Shown one piece after another: positions 1 to 15,024 of a stretch of 64,000 bases of DNA (the first letter of the stretch is position 1; each line of letters begins with the position of its first letter). The stretch comes from Eledone cirrhosa. Taxonomy: Eukaryota. The position numbers and the translations under genes are program-made. Below the pieces are notes generated by a model. It did not search any database. It had not been told where the DNA came from and worked only from the letters and a program-made list of their open reading frames with translations. Where the stretch lies: positions 261,764,001-261,828,000 of the forward strand of contig OZ024740.1 of NCBI GenBank assembly GCA_964016885.1, in the 5' to 3' direction.

Positions 1-928
1 GTGAGACTAGCTCTCATCCCAATTCTTTTCCACCTGGTGGTCTAGTCCGAACCAAACCCCGAGCAACTTTACCGGTCCGGCCATCCAACTAAACTAAAAT
101 AATAGTAACATTTTTTGCAAACATAGAAGGATAAGTAGGGAGTATGAGAAAGGAAAAGAAGAAAGAAAAAGAAAAAAGAAAATGAGAATGAAAAAGAAAG
201 AATGAATGTCTAGACAGACTTTCGATATATTCCAACGAACCAATATTATGGTCTTGTTTAGAGAAATCAAATACCTTATTATAGTGAAAACATTTTACGA
301 AAACAAGAATATATGGTCAATTTGGGTATATATCTATAGGATGCGTGTGTGTACATGTGTATGTGTGTGTGTGTTGTTGCGCATATGCTTTTGGTTATGT
401 ACAATATTGTGTGTGAGTATGCATGTGCATGTATGGTTATGTCTTTGTGCGTACGAGCGTTCCTATATGTGCTAAGTTGTATTTCAACACTGAGCCTAAC
501 CATCGGTTCAAGTGCTCAACAAAATATCGGGCTCCCCCAGTGCACTGGTTGGCCGGTACGGACGTATGCAATCCCCTTACTCCTCGGTGGGAAAGGTGCA
601 TTTCTTGTGGTGTCTGCATGCCATGATAATCTCAGACTTAAGGTTAAACAAGTTTTGTTTTAATTTCACAATTTCCATGGCTTCTGCTACACAGAGTTTG
701 CAATGGCAACCACCTACGGAATACACATATACATATGAAGGACTTCTGTCCGAAAAGTCAAACCCTGTCTAAACGAAATATAACTATGTAATTTTGCATC
801 CTGGTGTTTGTTTTGTTTCATTCTTCACATATGTGTGTATATTTGCATATGAATATGTACACGCATATATAGAATATATATATATATACACAAATAGATA
901 CTCACATCTCTCTGTCTCTCTCTCTCTC

Positions 929-2353
929 AAGGTGTTGCTTCAGTGTTACTATCCGGGTCTCATATGATGTTAATATGGATTTTAGACCCCAGCCACCTTC
1001 CTTGCGTGAGAAGTATAGCCTATCCACATCACCATTGATGTTAAAGTTCCCAGTAACACTGAGAAGTTTGCGAGTTCTAACATCCATCTCACTTAGTTCT
1101 TGCAATGACCATTTCAGCAGGCCAAATGTTGGCAATAGAATTGGCACAGCATAAGCATTGTGGGCAATGTATTTGTTGTACGCTGACAGTTCTGATGACC
1201 ATATTTTCTTTACCTTTCTGAGGTATTCAGTTCTGGTTCTCTCCTTATTTATGGGTCCATCATATCTGACATTCTCATCCTGTCCAAGATATCTGTAGTT
1301 GTCACCTGACTATAGAGGTTGTATTGTCAGGCCGTTCATCTCGAGATTTCTAGAGGAGGGCACAGCTCTTCCACGTTTTACTACCAAATATGCACACTTG
1401 GACTCACCAAATTTCATTTTGATGTCTGTTGAAAATTGTGTAATGTCATTGAAATTTGGCCCATACAACTTCAGGTCATCAACAAAGAAAAGATGGGAGA
1501 TACTTCTGGACCCACTTCTTTGAAAACCTTGTTTCCTGAGGAGGTAAGATAGTGGATTTAGTGAGAGAACGAAGAATAGCACTGACAAGCTATCACCCTG
1601 AAAGATGCCCTTCTGGTAATGTATCTTATCAGTCTTAACTTGCTCCTTCTCACCTCTAAGGATCAAATTGGTGTACCAGTTCTTGGTCAGATGTTCAACA
1701 GAAACTACCAGTGGTTGTGGGACTTTGGCTAACTGTAAAGCCTTAACAATCCACCCATGAGGTATACCATCAAATGCTTTTTGATAGTCCAGCCACACCA
1801 CAGTCATGTTTCTGCGATTCTTTGTTGTTTTTTCTTGAATCATTTTATTAGTTAGTAGGTGATCTATGCAACCCCACACCTTCCTCTTTCCACCAGCTTG
1901 CTAAGGTGTTATGATGTTGTTGGTAGCACAGTGATCCTGTAAGAACAGGTTAAGGCACCCAGTATATAATTTATACATGATGTTTTGGCAGGCTATTGGG
2001 GGGTAATTTTTAGCAAGGGTGGTTTGGCTATTTTTTGGAATGAGGAGAGTAGTGGCAGTTGATAACCATCTGGGCAGTTCTTGTGTGCCTTTAATCGTTT
2101 CTGTAAACAGCCGTATGAGATCTTGCCGATAAAAAGTGAAATTCTTCAACCAGTATCCTGTAATGAGGTCTGGGCCTGGTGATTTCCTATTCGACATTTT
2201 CTGTAGAGCTGTTTCCAGTATTGATCCATCTAAGTCATATTGTTTTCTCTGGACATGTTGGCAGTAGTCCTGTTCCAGTTCTTTTAGCCAATTAGTTTGT
2301 CTGTTGAATTCGTCATCCGTTTCCCATACAGATCTCCAGTAGCTCTCAACCTA
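929..2353 (-). mobile_element. Inverted partial copy of R4-clade LINE family C (RT region), disrupted
   Basis: ORF pieces [35 protein letters not shown]; mirror image of 4907-6331. Confidence 0.9.
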
Positions 2354-2530
2354 TGTATGAATGTATGTTTGTATATATGTATATATGTGTATGTATGTAT
2401 ATATGTATGTACGTATGCATATATATATATATGTAAGTATATATATATATATGTACGTATCTATATAGGTATATATATGTGTATATATGTGTATATGTGT
2501 ATATATATATATATTATATATATATAAATA

Positions 2531-2665
2531 GGAGTGTGGCTGAGTTGTTAGAGAATTGGATTCGCAATCGTGAGTTTGTGACTTCGAATCCTGGACCAGT
2601 TGATGCGTTATGTCCTTCAGCAAGACACTTTATTTCGTTGTTGCTTCTACCTGGAGTTGCGACCG
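2531..2665 (+). mobile_element. tRNA-derived CORE-type SINE (octopus OR-like)
   Basis: A-box-like tggctgagttgt, B-box-like acttcgaatcc (2581), then tgtccttcagcaagacactttatttc resembling the CORE domain GTGACCTTGGGCAAGTCACTTAAC. Confidence 0.75.
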
Positions 2666-2755
2666 ATAGATATTTATATTGGGAATTGGAAAGACCGAGG
2701 AAATCATTGTATGCTCGGTCCGATTTGACGAAAGTCGATCATTCCTTTTATATAC

Positions 2756-2835
<80 letters not shown>

Positions 2836-2878
2836 GTATATATATATGTATATATATATATCGATCCTTCCTTTTATA

Positions 2879-2972
<94 letters not shown>

Positions 2973-3198
2973 TACATATATATATAGATATAGATAGGTA
3001 AATATACACGGGTGTGTATGATTGTGTATAGAAGATTATATTAATAAGAGGAATTCCAACTTTGTCTGATTTACTCGTTTTATTTACAATCCTTTAAAAT
3101 ATATATAATGGTATTATAATGAAATAGTATGATAGAATATTAAATTCTAAGTGTTATATATACATATATATTTAAAAATATATATATATATATGTATA

Positions 3199-3328
<130 letters not shown>

Positions 3329-3339
3329 TATATATATTG

Positions 3340-4295
3340 TTATACTTTGGGAGGGTCATGTTGCCAATAAGAAACACACGCACCAGTTGTTGAATGCTTT
3401 CTGTTGTGTTTTTCTCTAGTTCCTGACTGTTCTCTAGTGGGGGTGTCTTAACTACGATGTTCATATCATCAACGTAGCGGGAGTACATTATCAGGGTTAA
3501 GGGGTCTTCTAATTGTTCTTTAAGTTTAAGTTTAAGTCTACTGTCCCACCATACCATGAATAAGTTAGCTATGTTGCCTGCAATGCTAACACCAATGGCT
3601 GCTCCTTCCTCTTGGGCATATGTTTTTCCATTAAATTTGAACATATGTTCCTTAAGGGTTAGTTTTATGCTGGCCCCTACCGCATGTGCAATCATTTTCT
3701 TCAGTTCATCGTGGTTTTCGGGTGTCCGTATGGCACTGGTCCACCCGTTCCATCTATCTGTGTGGGTTTTCTTGGCCATTGAGGTAATGGTAGGTGGTCT
3801 GCCTCTTGCTGGTCTTGTAGAGCACAGGTTGCTAAGGTCATATGTGTCTAGGTAATTATTACTATAGGTAAGTTTAAGTAGGAGTCCCAGCTCACTGGTA
3901 TCAATCCCATGGAACTCAACATTGCTCTCACTAATCATTGTTCCAGGCCTGGAATTTGTTGGCAGTCCTTTTGTTGGGCTGCATTATAATCGTCCACCAT
4001 ATGGGCATTGAGGGCTTTTTCTCTATCCTCATGCTCCTGTGGTGTTACCTCTCTTGTGTTAGTGATGTGGGGTTGCATTGCCTGGATGTAGTTTGGCAGG
4101 CTGTCAACCGACATTCTGCCAGACTTGTCTGTTGGAAAGCATGCTATCTCTCCATTACGCGAGCGCTGCATGAGCTTACGCAAGCCATTTGCAGATTTTT
4201 CTCCCAATTGCTGGGCCTCCGTTCTATTATGCTTCTTGCTATACTGTTCTATAATATTTCTAAGTTCGGATCTAGCTATACTAAATTGTGCTTCA
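3340..4295 (-). mobile_element. Penelope-like element RT fragment (internally deleted)
   Basis: ORFs 3147-3938 and 3935-4432 contain [24 protein letters not shown] and YSRYVDD. The terminus tatactttgggagggtcatgttgccaataag is shared with 18155 and 20020. Confidence 0.8.
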
Positions 4296-4329
4296 TATAT
4301 ATATGTATATATATATATATGTATATATG

Positions 4330-4391
<62 letters not shown>

Positions 4392-4418
4392 TATAAAAGG
4401 AAGGATCGATATATATAC

Positions 4419-4504
<86 letters not shown>

Positions 4505-4595
4505 GTATATAAAAGGAATGATCGACTTTCGTCAAATCGGACCGAGCATACAATGATTTCCTCGGTCTTTCCAATTCCCAATATAAATATCTATC

Positions 4596-4729
4596 GGTCG
4601 CAACTCCAGGTAGAAGCAACAACGAAATAAAGTGTCTTGCTGAAGGACATAACGCATCAACTGGTCCAGGATTCGAAGTCACAAACTCACGATTGCGAAT
4701 CCAATTCTCTAACAACTCAGCCACACTCC
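4596..4729 (-). mobile_element. CORE-type SINE, mirror copy inside the inverted repeat
   Basis: Reverse complement of 2531-2665. Confidence 0.75.
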
Positions 4730-4906
4730 TATTTATATATATATAATATATATATATATACACATATACACATATATACACATATATATACCTATATAGA
4801 TACGTACATATATATATATATACTTACATATATATATATATGCATACGTACATACATATATACATACATACACATATATACATATATACAAACATACATT
4901 CATACA

Positions 4907-7345
4907 TAGGTTGAGAGCTACTGGAGATCTGTATGGGAAACGGATGACGAATTCAGCAGACAAACTAATTGGCTAAAAGAACTGGAACAGGACTACTGCC
5001 AACATGTCCAGAGAAAACAATATGACTTAGATGGATCAATACTGGAAACAGCTCTACAGAAAATGTCGAATAGGAAATCACCAGGCCCAGACCTCATTAC
5101 AGGATACTGGTTGAAGAATTTCACTTTTTATCGGCAAGATCTCATACGGCTGTTTACAGAAACGATTAAAGGCACACAAGAACTGCCCAGATGGTTATCA
5201 ACTGCCACTACTCTCCTCATTCCAAAAAATAGCCAAACCACCCTTGCTAAAAATTACCCCCCAATAGCCTGCCAAAACATCATGTATAAATTATATACTG
5301 GGTGCCTTAACCTGTTCTTACAGGATCACTGTACTACCAACAACATCATAACACCTTAGCAAGCTGGTGGAAAGAGGAAGGTGTGGGGTTGCATAGATCA
5401 CCTACTAACTAATAAAATGATTCAAGAAAAAACAACAAAGAATCGCAGAAACATGACTGTGGTGTGGCTGGACTATCAAAAAGCATTTGATGGTATACCT
5501 CATGGGTGGATTGTTAAGGCTTTACAGTTAGCCAAAGTCCCACAACCACTGGTAGTTGCTGTTGAACGTCTGACCAAGAACTGGTACACCAATTTGATCC
5601 TTAGAGGTGAGAAGGAGCAAGTTAAGACTGATAAGATACATTACCAGAAGGGCATCTTTCAGGGTGATAGCTTGTCAGTGCTATTCTTCGTTCTCTCACT
5701 AAATCCACTATCTTACCTCCTCAGGAAACAAGGTTTTCAAAGAAGTGGGTCCAGAAGTATCTCCCATCTTTTCTTTGTTGATGACCTGAAGTTGTATGGG
5801 CCAAATTTCAATGACATTACACAATTTTCAACAGACATCAAAATGAAATTTGGTGAGTCCAAGTGTGCATATTTGGTAGTAAAACGTGGAAGAGCTGTGC
5901 CCTCCTCTAGAAATCTCGAGATGAACGGCCTGACAATACAATCTCTATAGTCAGGTGACAACTACAGATATCTTGGACAGGATGAGAATGTCAGATATGA
6001 TGGACCCATAAATAAGGAGAGAACCAGAACTGAATACCTCAGAAAGGTAAAGAAAATATGGTCATCAGAACTGTCAGCGTACAACAAATACATTGCCCAC
6101 AATGCTTATGCTGTGCCAATTCTATTGCCAACATTTGGCCTGCTGAACTGGTCATTGCAAGAACTAAGTGAGATGGATGTTAGAACTCGCAAACTTCTCA
6201 GTGTTACTGGGAACTTTAACATCAATGGTGATGTGGATAGGCTATACTTCTCAAGCAAGGAAGGTGGCTGGGGTCTAAAATCCATATTAACATCATATGA
6301 GACCCGGATAGTAACACTGAAGCAACACCTTCAACAGAGGAAAAAGGTTGGCAACCATCTTGCCCAGGTTTATGAGCATGAAAAAAATATATCATTAGAA
6401 TAGCCACTGATCTGGAGGAGACATATGGAATAAAGCCTGATATAAATCTCTCACCCAGAGAAATCGGAAGATCCTATTCAATGTTCAAACAAGATGAAAA
6501 AATTGACCAATTTACAGAAAAACTTGTGCATGGATACTTGAGACGTAAAACACAAACCATACAGGGGATAAACCACTCAAAAAGCCTGGTATGGAGTTCC
6601 GACAAGTTTATGACATCACACCTTGAGGGATATCTCTATGCAATACAGGAACAAGAAATCCCTACCAAATATCTGCTGCACAAAAGGGGAGGGCCAATAA
6701 ATGTAGGCTATGTAAAACAAAGATCGAGGATGTAAGCCCCATTGTTGCCAGCTGCGAAAGAATGTCATCTCGCTACTACCTCCCCACGAGACACGATGGG
6801 ATAGCTAGAACCATCTGGAACGCACTTCGGAAAAAAAAATTAACAACAAACGAGGAAGAATATATTGAGACAGATGGCACTAAGGAATACTGGTGGAACC
6901 TGAAAATAAAAACTGCCACGAAATTAAAGCAGAACCGGCCTAATATTGTTGTTTGGGACCTCACATTGAAAACGTGTTCTGTTGTGGAGATCAGCTGCCC
7001 ACTTGATGTAAACGTTGTCAGAAAAATACAGGAGAAGGAGGACATCTACGGACCATTGATGAGGAGTTTACAAATCCAGTATCCAAGATACAACTTGAGC
7101 TTCATACCCATGATTATTGGAGCTACGGGTTATATACCAACCCGCTTGGACCATGACTGAACTTGGATTTGCGGACAAAGATCGAAGCTCCCTAATTCAT
7201 AGTCTACAAATGGCTGCGATAGCTGACACCTTCAAAATTTGCAAAACATTCTTGCTATTCAAGGGATGAAAATTTCTTTTCTTTTACAACCTTGCCACCA
7301 GGAAGGTGGCCGGTCAAAAAATATACTCGAAATTAAGAGAAAGAC
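4907..7345 (+). mobile_element. 5'-truncated, decayed R4-clade (RLE) non-LTR retrotransposon, family C
   Basis: Broken ORFs 5063-7160 give the RT (QGDSLS, FVDD), AIQEQEI, RHD and RPNIVVWD...VEISCP (PD..D/E endonuclease). Flanked by CATA-type repeats on both sides. Confidence 0.88.
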
Positions 7346-7349
7346 ATAA

Positions 7350-9188
<1,839 letters not shown>

Positions 9189-9190
<2 letters not shown>

Positions 9191-9751
9191 AAAGAATTAG
9201 TATATCTTGGTAGATATACCAATTCTTTATGATTATCTCCAAATTATTTTGTTGAGCAAAAATTTGCTTAAATTACTTCTATGGTTCATAGTATTAGACT
9301 TAGCTAGTGTCTGTTTAACACCCCACTCCTCACTGATTAACCTCGATGTCACGTGATTGATTCTTTTGAATTTGCCACTTACCATGAAGGCAGTGAAGTT
9401 TTCAATGGTTGGAATTTAGTCCGCTCTAAATTTTTTCCATCCACTGAATTATTTTTGTATTGGATCCCTGTGTCCGCGAATCGCCAGGAATCTTAGCCGA
9501 GAATGACTCCCCGATGAAGAAAGGATTCTCCATGGTCTCCATTTGGAGACTATGTATATGCCCTTTCAGAAACTAATTAGTTGGAGTGAAATTTAAGTAA
9601 GTGAGTTAATTACTATAATTTTCTTATTTTTCGTCTTTTATATAATTGTTCTACATCTCTTTGTATTGAACCACAAAGTTACTAAGACAAAACCTATATC
9701 TCGCTAGCGTAAGTATACATCTGTATAAATATGTTGGTAGATATACTAATT

Positions 9752-9757
<6 letters not shown>
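9189..9757 (+). mobile_element. Non-coding HHR-bearing element (~527 bp unit, short terminal direct repeat plus short 5' inversion); solo PLE pLTR or retrozyme
   Basis: tggtagatatacYaattctttat at ~9209 and ~9735; inverted ataaagaattagtatatct at 9189; HHR at 9506-9587. Confidence 0.6.
9506..9587 (+). ncRNA. Type I hammerhead ribozyme motif with long stem II (core U4>C, probably impaired)
   Basis: ACTCC-CCGATGA-A GAAAGG..(CATGGTCTCC ATTT GGAGACTATG)..CCTTTC A-GAAA-CTAATTAG-TT-GGAGT. Confidence 0.7.
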
Positions 9758-9789
<32 letters not shown>

Positions 9790-9790
9790 G

Positions 9791-9863
<73 letters not shown>

Positions 9864-9866
<3 letters not shown>

Positions 9867-10510
9867 AGTATGTATACGTACATACATATATGTATACAGA
9901 CGTACAGTAGTATGTATATATATACATACATGCACACATATATATATATGTACGTATGGATTTACCGAACGTTTATTATAATACTCGGTTTGTTTTTAAA
10001 GAAACATCCCGAATTAAGCCGTAGTGTTTAGCAACCATCGTTGCCCTTTTGTTCAACACTGACAAATGAACGACGTACTAGTTTCAAGCTTATTAGCTAT
10101 CGTCAACAACGTATACCTTCCTGCCAGATGATTGAACGTCTGAAAGTATATACTTTCCTTATACATATTAACAGCTGAGCAGCCTAATTTGCATATCGAG
10201 TGAGTTAATCGGCCGGGTGCACCGAAAACGATAAATGGAAAAAATGAACAGAAATGTCATTTCTCACTCTTAGTACGGCTGTTACTTAAATATAAGCATG
10301 TATACGTAACATTCATATATGTATACAGACGTACAGTAGTATGTATATATATATACATACATGCACACATATATATATGTACGTATGGATTTACCGAACA
10401 TTTATTATAATGCTCGGTTTGTTCGTAAACAAAAATCCCGAATTAAGCCGTACAGTGTTTAGCAACCATCGTTACCCTTTTGTTCAACATTCGGGATGTT
10501 TGTTTACAAC
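9864..10510 (-). mobile_element. Partially tandem ~429 bp non-coding monomer with HHR (retrozyme-like) and short terminal inversion
   Basis: 9864-10058 is repeated at 10292-10489. tcgggatgtttgtttac (10491) inverts gtaaacaaaaatcccga. HHR at 10070-10112 on the minus strand. Confidence 0.65.
10070..10112 (-). ncRNA. Minimal type I hammerhead motif (core C3>U, degenerate)
   Basis: Minus strand ACGTTG-TTGACGA-T AGC TAATAA GCT T-GAAA-CTAG-TA-CGTCGT. Confidence 0.65.
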
Positions 10511-11480
10511 GTGGGAGGTGGTTTGTACCGTGATGACGGTCTTTTGACCATGACAAAATGCGGCCCACGTGCTTGCGACAGGTTCAGAAAAGAACTCACA
10601 GCCTTCTTTAAAGGCTTCCATCTCTCCATACAGACCAACCTCTCGTTCGTTAATTACCTCGACGTTACCCTCGATTTGTCGAATGGCTTGCACTACCCGT
10701 ATAGAAAGCCGAATGATACGCTTAATTACATAAGTCAGCATTCTAACCATCCTGCCAGCATAACCATGAACCTGGTAAGAAACGTTTCTTTGAGGCTTTC
10801 CCGTCTATCTACAAACGAGCATATTTTCAACGACCATTCCACATATTACAATGAAGCTCTTGCTCGGAGTGGATTCGTCGATAAGGTAGCCTATACAGAG
10901 TACGAGAATAGACCCAGAAAAAATAGATCGTGACGCATTATATGGTATAACCCACCATCTAATATGGAGCTGGGCACACCTTTAGCTAAGATCTTTCTCT
11001 CCCTTATTATGAAGCACATAAATATAGTAAAATATTTAATAGAAATACCATTAAAATTTCTTACTCTACGACTCCTAACTTTGCACATAACATCACAGCT
11101 TCAAATTTAGCTAAATTACCTAGCCGTAGGAACACGTGCAACCCTGTAGCTAGTACTAACTGTAATTGTAGGAATCGGGTTGACTGCCCCCTATCCGGGA
11201 AATGCCTCTCTAGTAAAATTGTCTACAAATGTAAGGTTGAAACACCCACGTCCCGATACCAAAGTATCCTTTTCCTGTCTTCCTTCGGTTGCAACGTTTT
11301 TTGAAATATTTACTTCTGCGTTTACAGATTGATTTTTTTAGTTTCAGAAGATCCCGTTAAGGGTGAAAGCAGCGATTCTTTGCTTAAACTTTAATCTGTT
11401 ATTTTAATAAATATTTGCTCTACGGTTCTTATATATCTGATATATATCTATCCTTATCAAGCCCTCTTTGGATTTTAGTC
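10511..11480 (+). mobile_element. 5'-truncated Penelope-like element (RT C-terminal part, linker, start of GIY-YIG) with 3' pLTR
   Basis: ORF 10496-10933 GLYRDDGL..NYLDVTLDL..YRKPNDTLNYISQHSNHP; downstream IIWYNPP and CNCRNRVDCPLSGKC..IVYKC; HHR at 11324-11399 followed by AATAAA. Confidence 0.85.
11324..11399 (+). ncRNA. Type I hammerhead motif in PLE pLTR (core U4>A)
   Basis: CAGATTGA..AGTTT-CAGAAGA-T CCC GTTAA GGG T-GAAA-GCA GCGATTCTT TGC-TT-AAACT..TTAATCTG. Confidence 0.7.
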
Positions 11481-11651
11481 TTCAAATTTATTATTATTAC
11501 TATATATATATATATATATACATTATGAAGAGAGAAGAAACATTTAGATATAATTAGTAATAAAATGTATCATACCTAAACTGCTCCTAAATTCCTCGAC
11601 TACGCAGTTTCGTGGCATAAACAAAAACAATATATCATAAAGATATAGAGT

Positions 11652-11694
<43 letters not shown>

Positions 11695-11884
11695 GTGTGC
11701 CAAAAAAAAGCAAGGTCACAATACTAACGCTCCCTGTGTATTTTCCCATTATAAATGCCCTAATTGGTAAAATAAAACATATTTTGTATAAAATAAATTA
11801 TTTTGAGTCTTGCCTATATCATGGTGATTATAGTGGAAAGTGTGATTATGTTGCATGAAATCATGAAAATGTGAAACCAAATAT

Positions 11885-11985
11885 GGGTTTCTACTTTTGG
11901 CACAAGGCCAGCAATTATCCCAGTACATTTTATCGACCCCGTAAGGATGAAAGGCAAAGTCAACCTCGGCAGGATTTGAACTCAG
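11885..11985 (-). mobile_element. 3' part of an abundant octopus-type tRNA-derived SINE
   Basis: Minus strand ctgagttcaaatcctgccgaggttgactttgcctttcatccttacggggtcgataaaa...ggccttgtgccaaaagtagaaac; homologous to 16601-16720. Confidence 0.7.
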
Positions 11986-12149
11986 AATGTGAAACCAAAT
12001 ATGACCATACAATAATTGTTTATTTTATTAATCCATTATATTTATATATAACTTTGAATATAAAGTCGTACAAGGAAGAAACAAGTTCAGTTAAGTTCAC
12101 TCCAGTCATATTTTTTTCAGAGTTTCCTTTTTGAAATCCGGGACCTTGC

Positions 12150-14527
12150 GACGATGAGCTTAGACAACTTGAAGAACACACTGCTTCTCCTCCTCATTCT
12201 TGGTGATGGCAACAAAATCAGTTATCAACTTGACAGCTCTCTCCGCCAGATCGTTGACTACCTTGATATTGTGAACAACAGCACAGGCATTTTGATATGA
12301 CGCTTGTGATGACCTAGTTGCAGGTGACAGTTCAAGCCAAGTATCGTCGAGACCAAGGAGATCGAACAGAAACCTTGATTTCTTCCCAACTAGATGAGGC
12401 AGCTTCGTGGGCGACTTCAACTCGGGAAATACTGGAGCACTACGGTCGAGAGGCCAAGTCGTTTTCGTTTTGACAAGACGTTGGGCTATTTGTTTCTTCT
12501 CGGACTTGAAAACAGCGCTAGCGTCAGGTACCAAAGATGCCTGCTCAGAGCAGTAGTGGCTGCCTGCGAGAGATCTCTGTCAACCTTACTGTACTGTGTC
12601 AACTGCACGAAGAATTGAAGGTCATTGGATGGTGCATCAGCCAGTATCGTATGTAGAACAGAGCATTGAACATACAGATCCGGCGCAACTTTTCCATTTT
12701 AACTTGATCGTAATTGAGTCGCTCACCAAATGCATGCATCTTTGCACTATAGATGATTGTGGACATCCACCGAGCGTTATGATGTGCACCAGGTAGCATC
12801 CAATGAATTCCACGAGGAGGGGTGACACCAAGCAAGATCAACATCAACTCGGCACATTCTCGGTAGTCGCCCGTGGAAGAGAACTCATTTTCCCATCGTC
12901 GGATGTCAGCAAATCTTGGAGGAACTTGATGTTCTCAGAACACAGACGCTTAAGTCTCCGGTCGACAATGTTCAATGTTCAATGTCACCCAATCTTTTTT
13001 GAACTCCTTGAACTCTAAGGTGTCTGGACTGGACATTGCTCTGAATAGTTGTTGTCACACTGCACACAAGATACGCTCCATGAGATGGTGCCGACAAGCA
13101 AAATAAAATACCTTTTTGTTGAACATCTCTTCTAGTTTCACGCAGGCACCATTTTTCCATCCAGAACTCGAAGCAGTTGTGTCGAAGACCAAGCCCACCA
13201 CAGACCCATCAACATTCCAATTTTTAACAAGATCAAATGATGCTTTGGCTTGGGTGGTTCCAGTGCCATCAGAAATTATGGGAACACCGAGGAGTTTACC
13301 TTCTCTGAAGTCCGGAGTTCCTGCAACTAGCACACCTAGCCTCTCCTGGTCACCAGGAATTATTTTGCCATCCCAATGCAAGGTAACAAAGTCTGGTACA
13401 GCAAATTGTTCCTTTATGTGTTCAGCCCCCACAGTTCTGATTTTCTTAGCTGCACATCTGTTACGATTCTTGGAGAGAGTTGCGGCGTCTATGTCAGTCC
13501 CACCCTCAGAAATAATCGAGGCCATAAATGCTGTTCTCTGGCCCAGTGTCAGGTTTAAACGATTAGCCATTAGAGAAATTTTTGGACTTTGAAATGGATT
13601 CTTTGGGAGTTCCAGCTGGATTTTTCGTCTCTTGTCTGACTTTGAACTGTCTCTGGGTGGGTTTGAGGCCTGAAATTCAGGATCCTGTTCATCTTCAGTT
13701 TCATTATTGGTTGAACTTGAATCACTCAGTTCATTACGTGGAAGTTGTGCTGCTACAGATCCTGACAAACTCTCTCTATTGTTCTCTGACTCTCGACGAG
13801 CCACCGAAACCTGATCACGCTTAAACTTTCAAGATACCTTTTTCTGGTAACCCTTGTCTTCAGCACCCAGAGATACTTTTTTCTGGCAACGCAGGGCTTT
13901 GAGAAATGTAGCATCTTCCATTTTCTGTTCATTATTACGAAGACGGTCTTTCAAAATTTTCTTTTCAGCATCGGTATGTGCAATGTAGAAATACGAATCC
14001 ATTTCAGAAATAAATAGTGCTTCCTTTTCTTTGTTTGACTTAGAACCTTTGTGATTTTGTAAATTTATGTATTCACTGTACATGTTCATAATTTTCAATT
14101 TCACTTTGTCTTTTCGTTGAGTCGCCACACCAGCTTTTTTCCCACTGACTAACTACTTCCATCACAAGCCTATCCGCAATAGCACCATTGAAGCTCACAT
14201 GCTGATCATGTTTCATAGGACCATCTTTCAGGTAGAAGAAATATCTTAGAACATCCCCCTTTGTCGGTATTTTGTTTGGTGAAAAGGATGTAACATATTG
14301 CCCCAGGAGCCATATTTCTCGATCATCACAACGGAGCCAGTAGCTACAACTAGGTCCACTGGTTTCCGCCATTATTCTGCCAATTTGCAACTATTAGGCA
14401 AGGCTAAAATTAGTCTGAAATAATCAAAATTACATTATAAATTGATAACATACAAAATGGCATGAGAAAATGCATAGGGAGCTAAGAAAACACCTTTGTG
14501 TAAAATGTGGGATTCTGGAACACCCTA
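12150..14527 (-). mobile_element. Decayed hAT-superfamily (hATm-like) DNA transposon with frameshifted transposase; one terminus TAGGGTGTTCCAG at 14527
   Basis: ORF pieces LHWDGKII, VFDTTAS..ACRHH, GAHHNARWM, VVNDLAERAVKL across 12160-14390. The second TIR was not seen. Confidence 0.7.
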
Positions 14528-14670
14528 ATCTATATATCTATTTATATATTATTAGAAAGTGAGGGTGTTTTTTTTTTTTTTTGTGTTTTTTTACAAAATG
14601 AAAAATAACCGAGGTATCCTACACGAGTGAAAGTATAAAGAAAAAAAGATGAAATCGAAAATGAAACTGG

Positions 14671-14804
14671 AGTCTTATTTAAAAAAAAAATATATATATA
14701 TTTATTTGGTTCCTTTACCGGTTTCGCAGTTCTTCTGCTTTTCAAAAGTAGAGTTGAGATGGAGGGTCTGTGGTTTTTCTCACATCTATTTATATATATA
14801 TATA

Positions 14805-14892
<88 letters not shown>

Positions 14893-15024
14893 TATATATA
14901 TATATAAATAGATGTGAGAAAAACCACAGACCCTCCATCTCAACTCTACTTTTGAAAAGCAGAAGAACTGCGAAACCGGTAAAGGAACCAAATAAATATA
15001 TATATATTTTTTTTAAATAAGACT
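14671..15024. repeat. Perfect ~120 bp inverted repeat around (TA)n; each arm carries a degenerate minimal HHR
   Basis: Arms 14671-~14790 and ~14905-15024. Right arm 14949-14984 reads CTT-TTGAAAA-GCAG AAGAA CTGC-GAAA-CCGG-TA-AAG, then AATAAA. Confidence 0.85.

Noticed and set aside
728-770. GGAC-TTCT-GTCC-GAAA hairpin resembling hammerhead stem II
   Set aside because: No CUGANGA core and no convincing stems I or III.
2531-2600. tRNA gene
   Set aside because: The cloverleaf is degenerate and runs into a CORE domain, so it is a SINE head.
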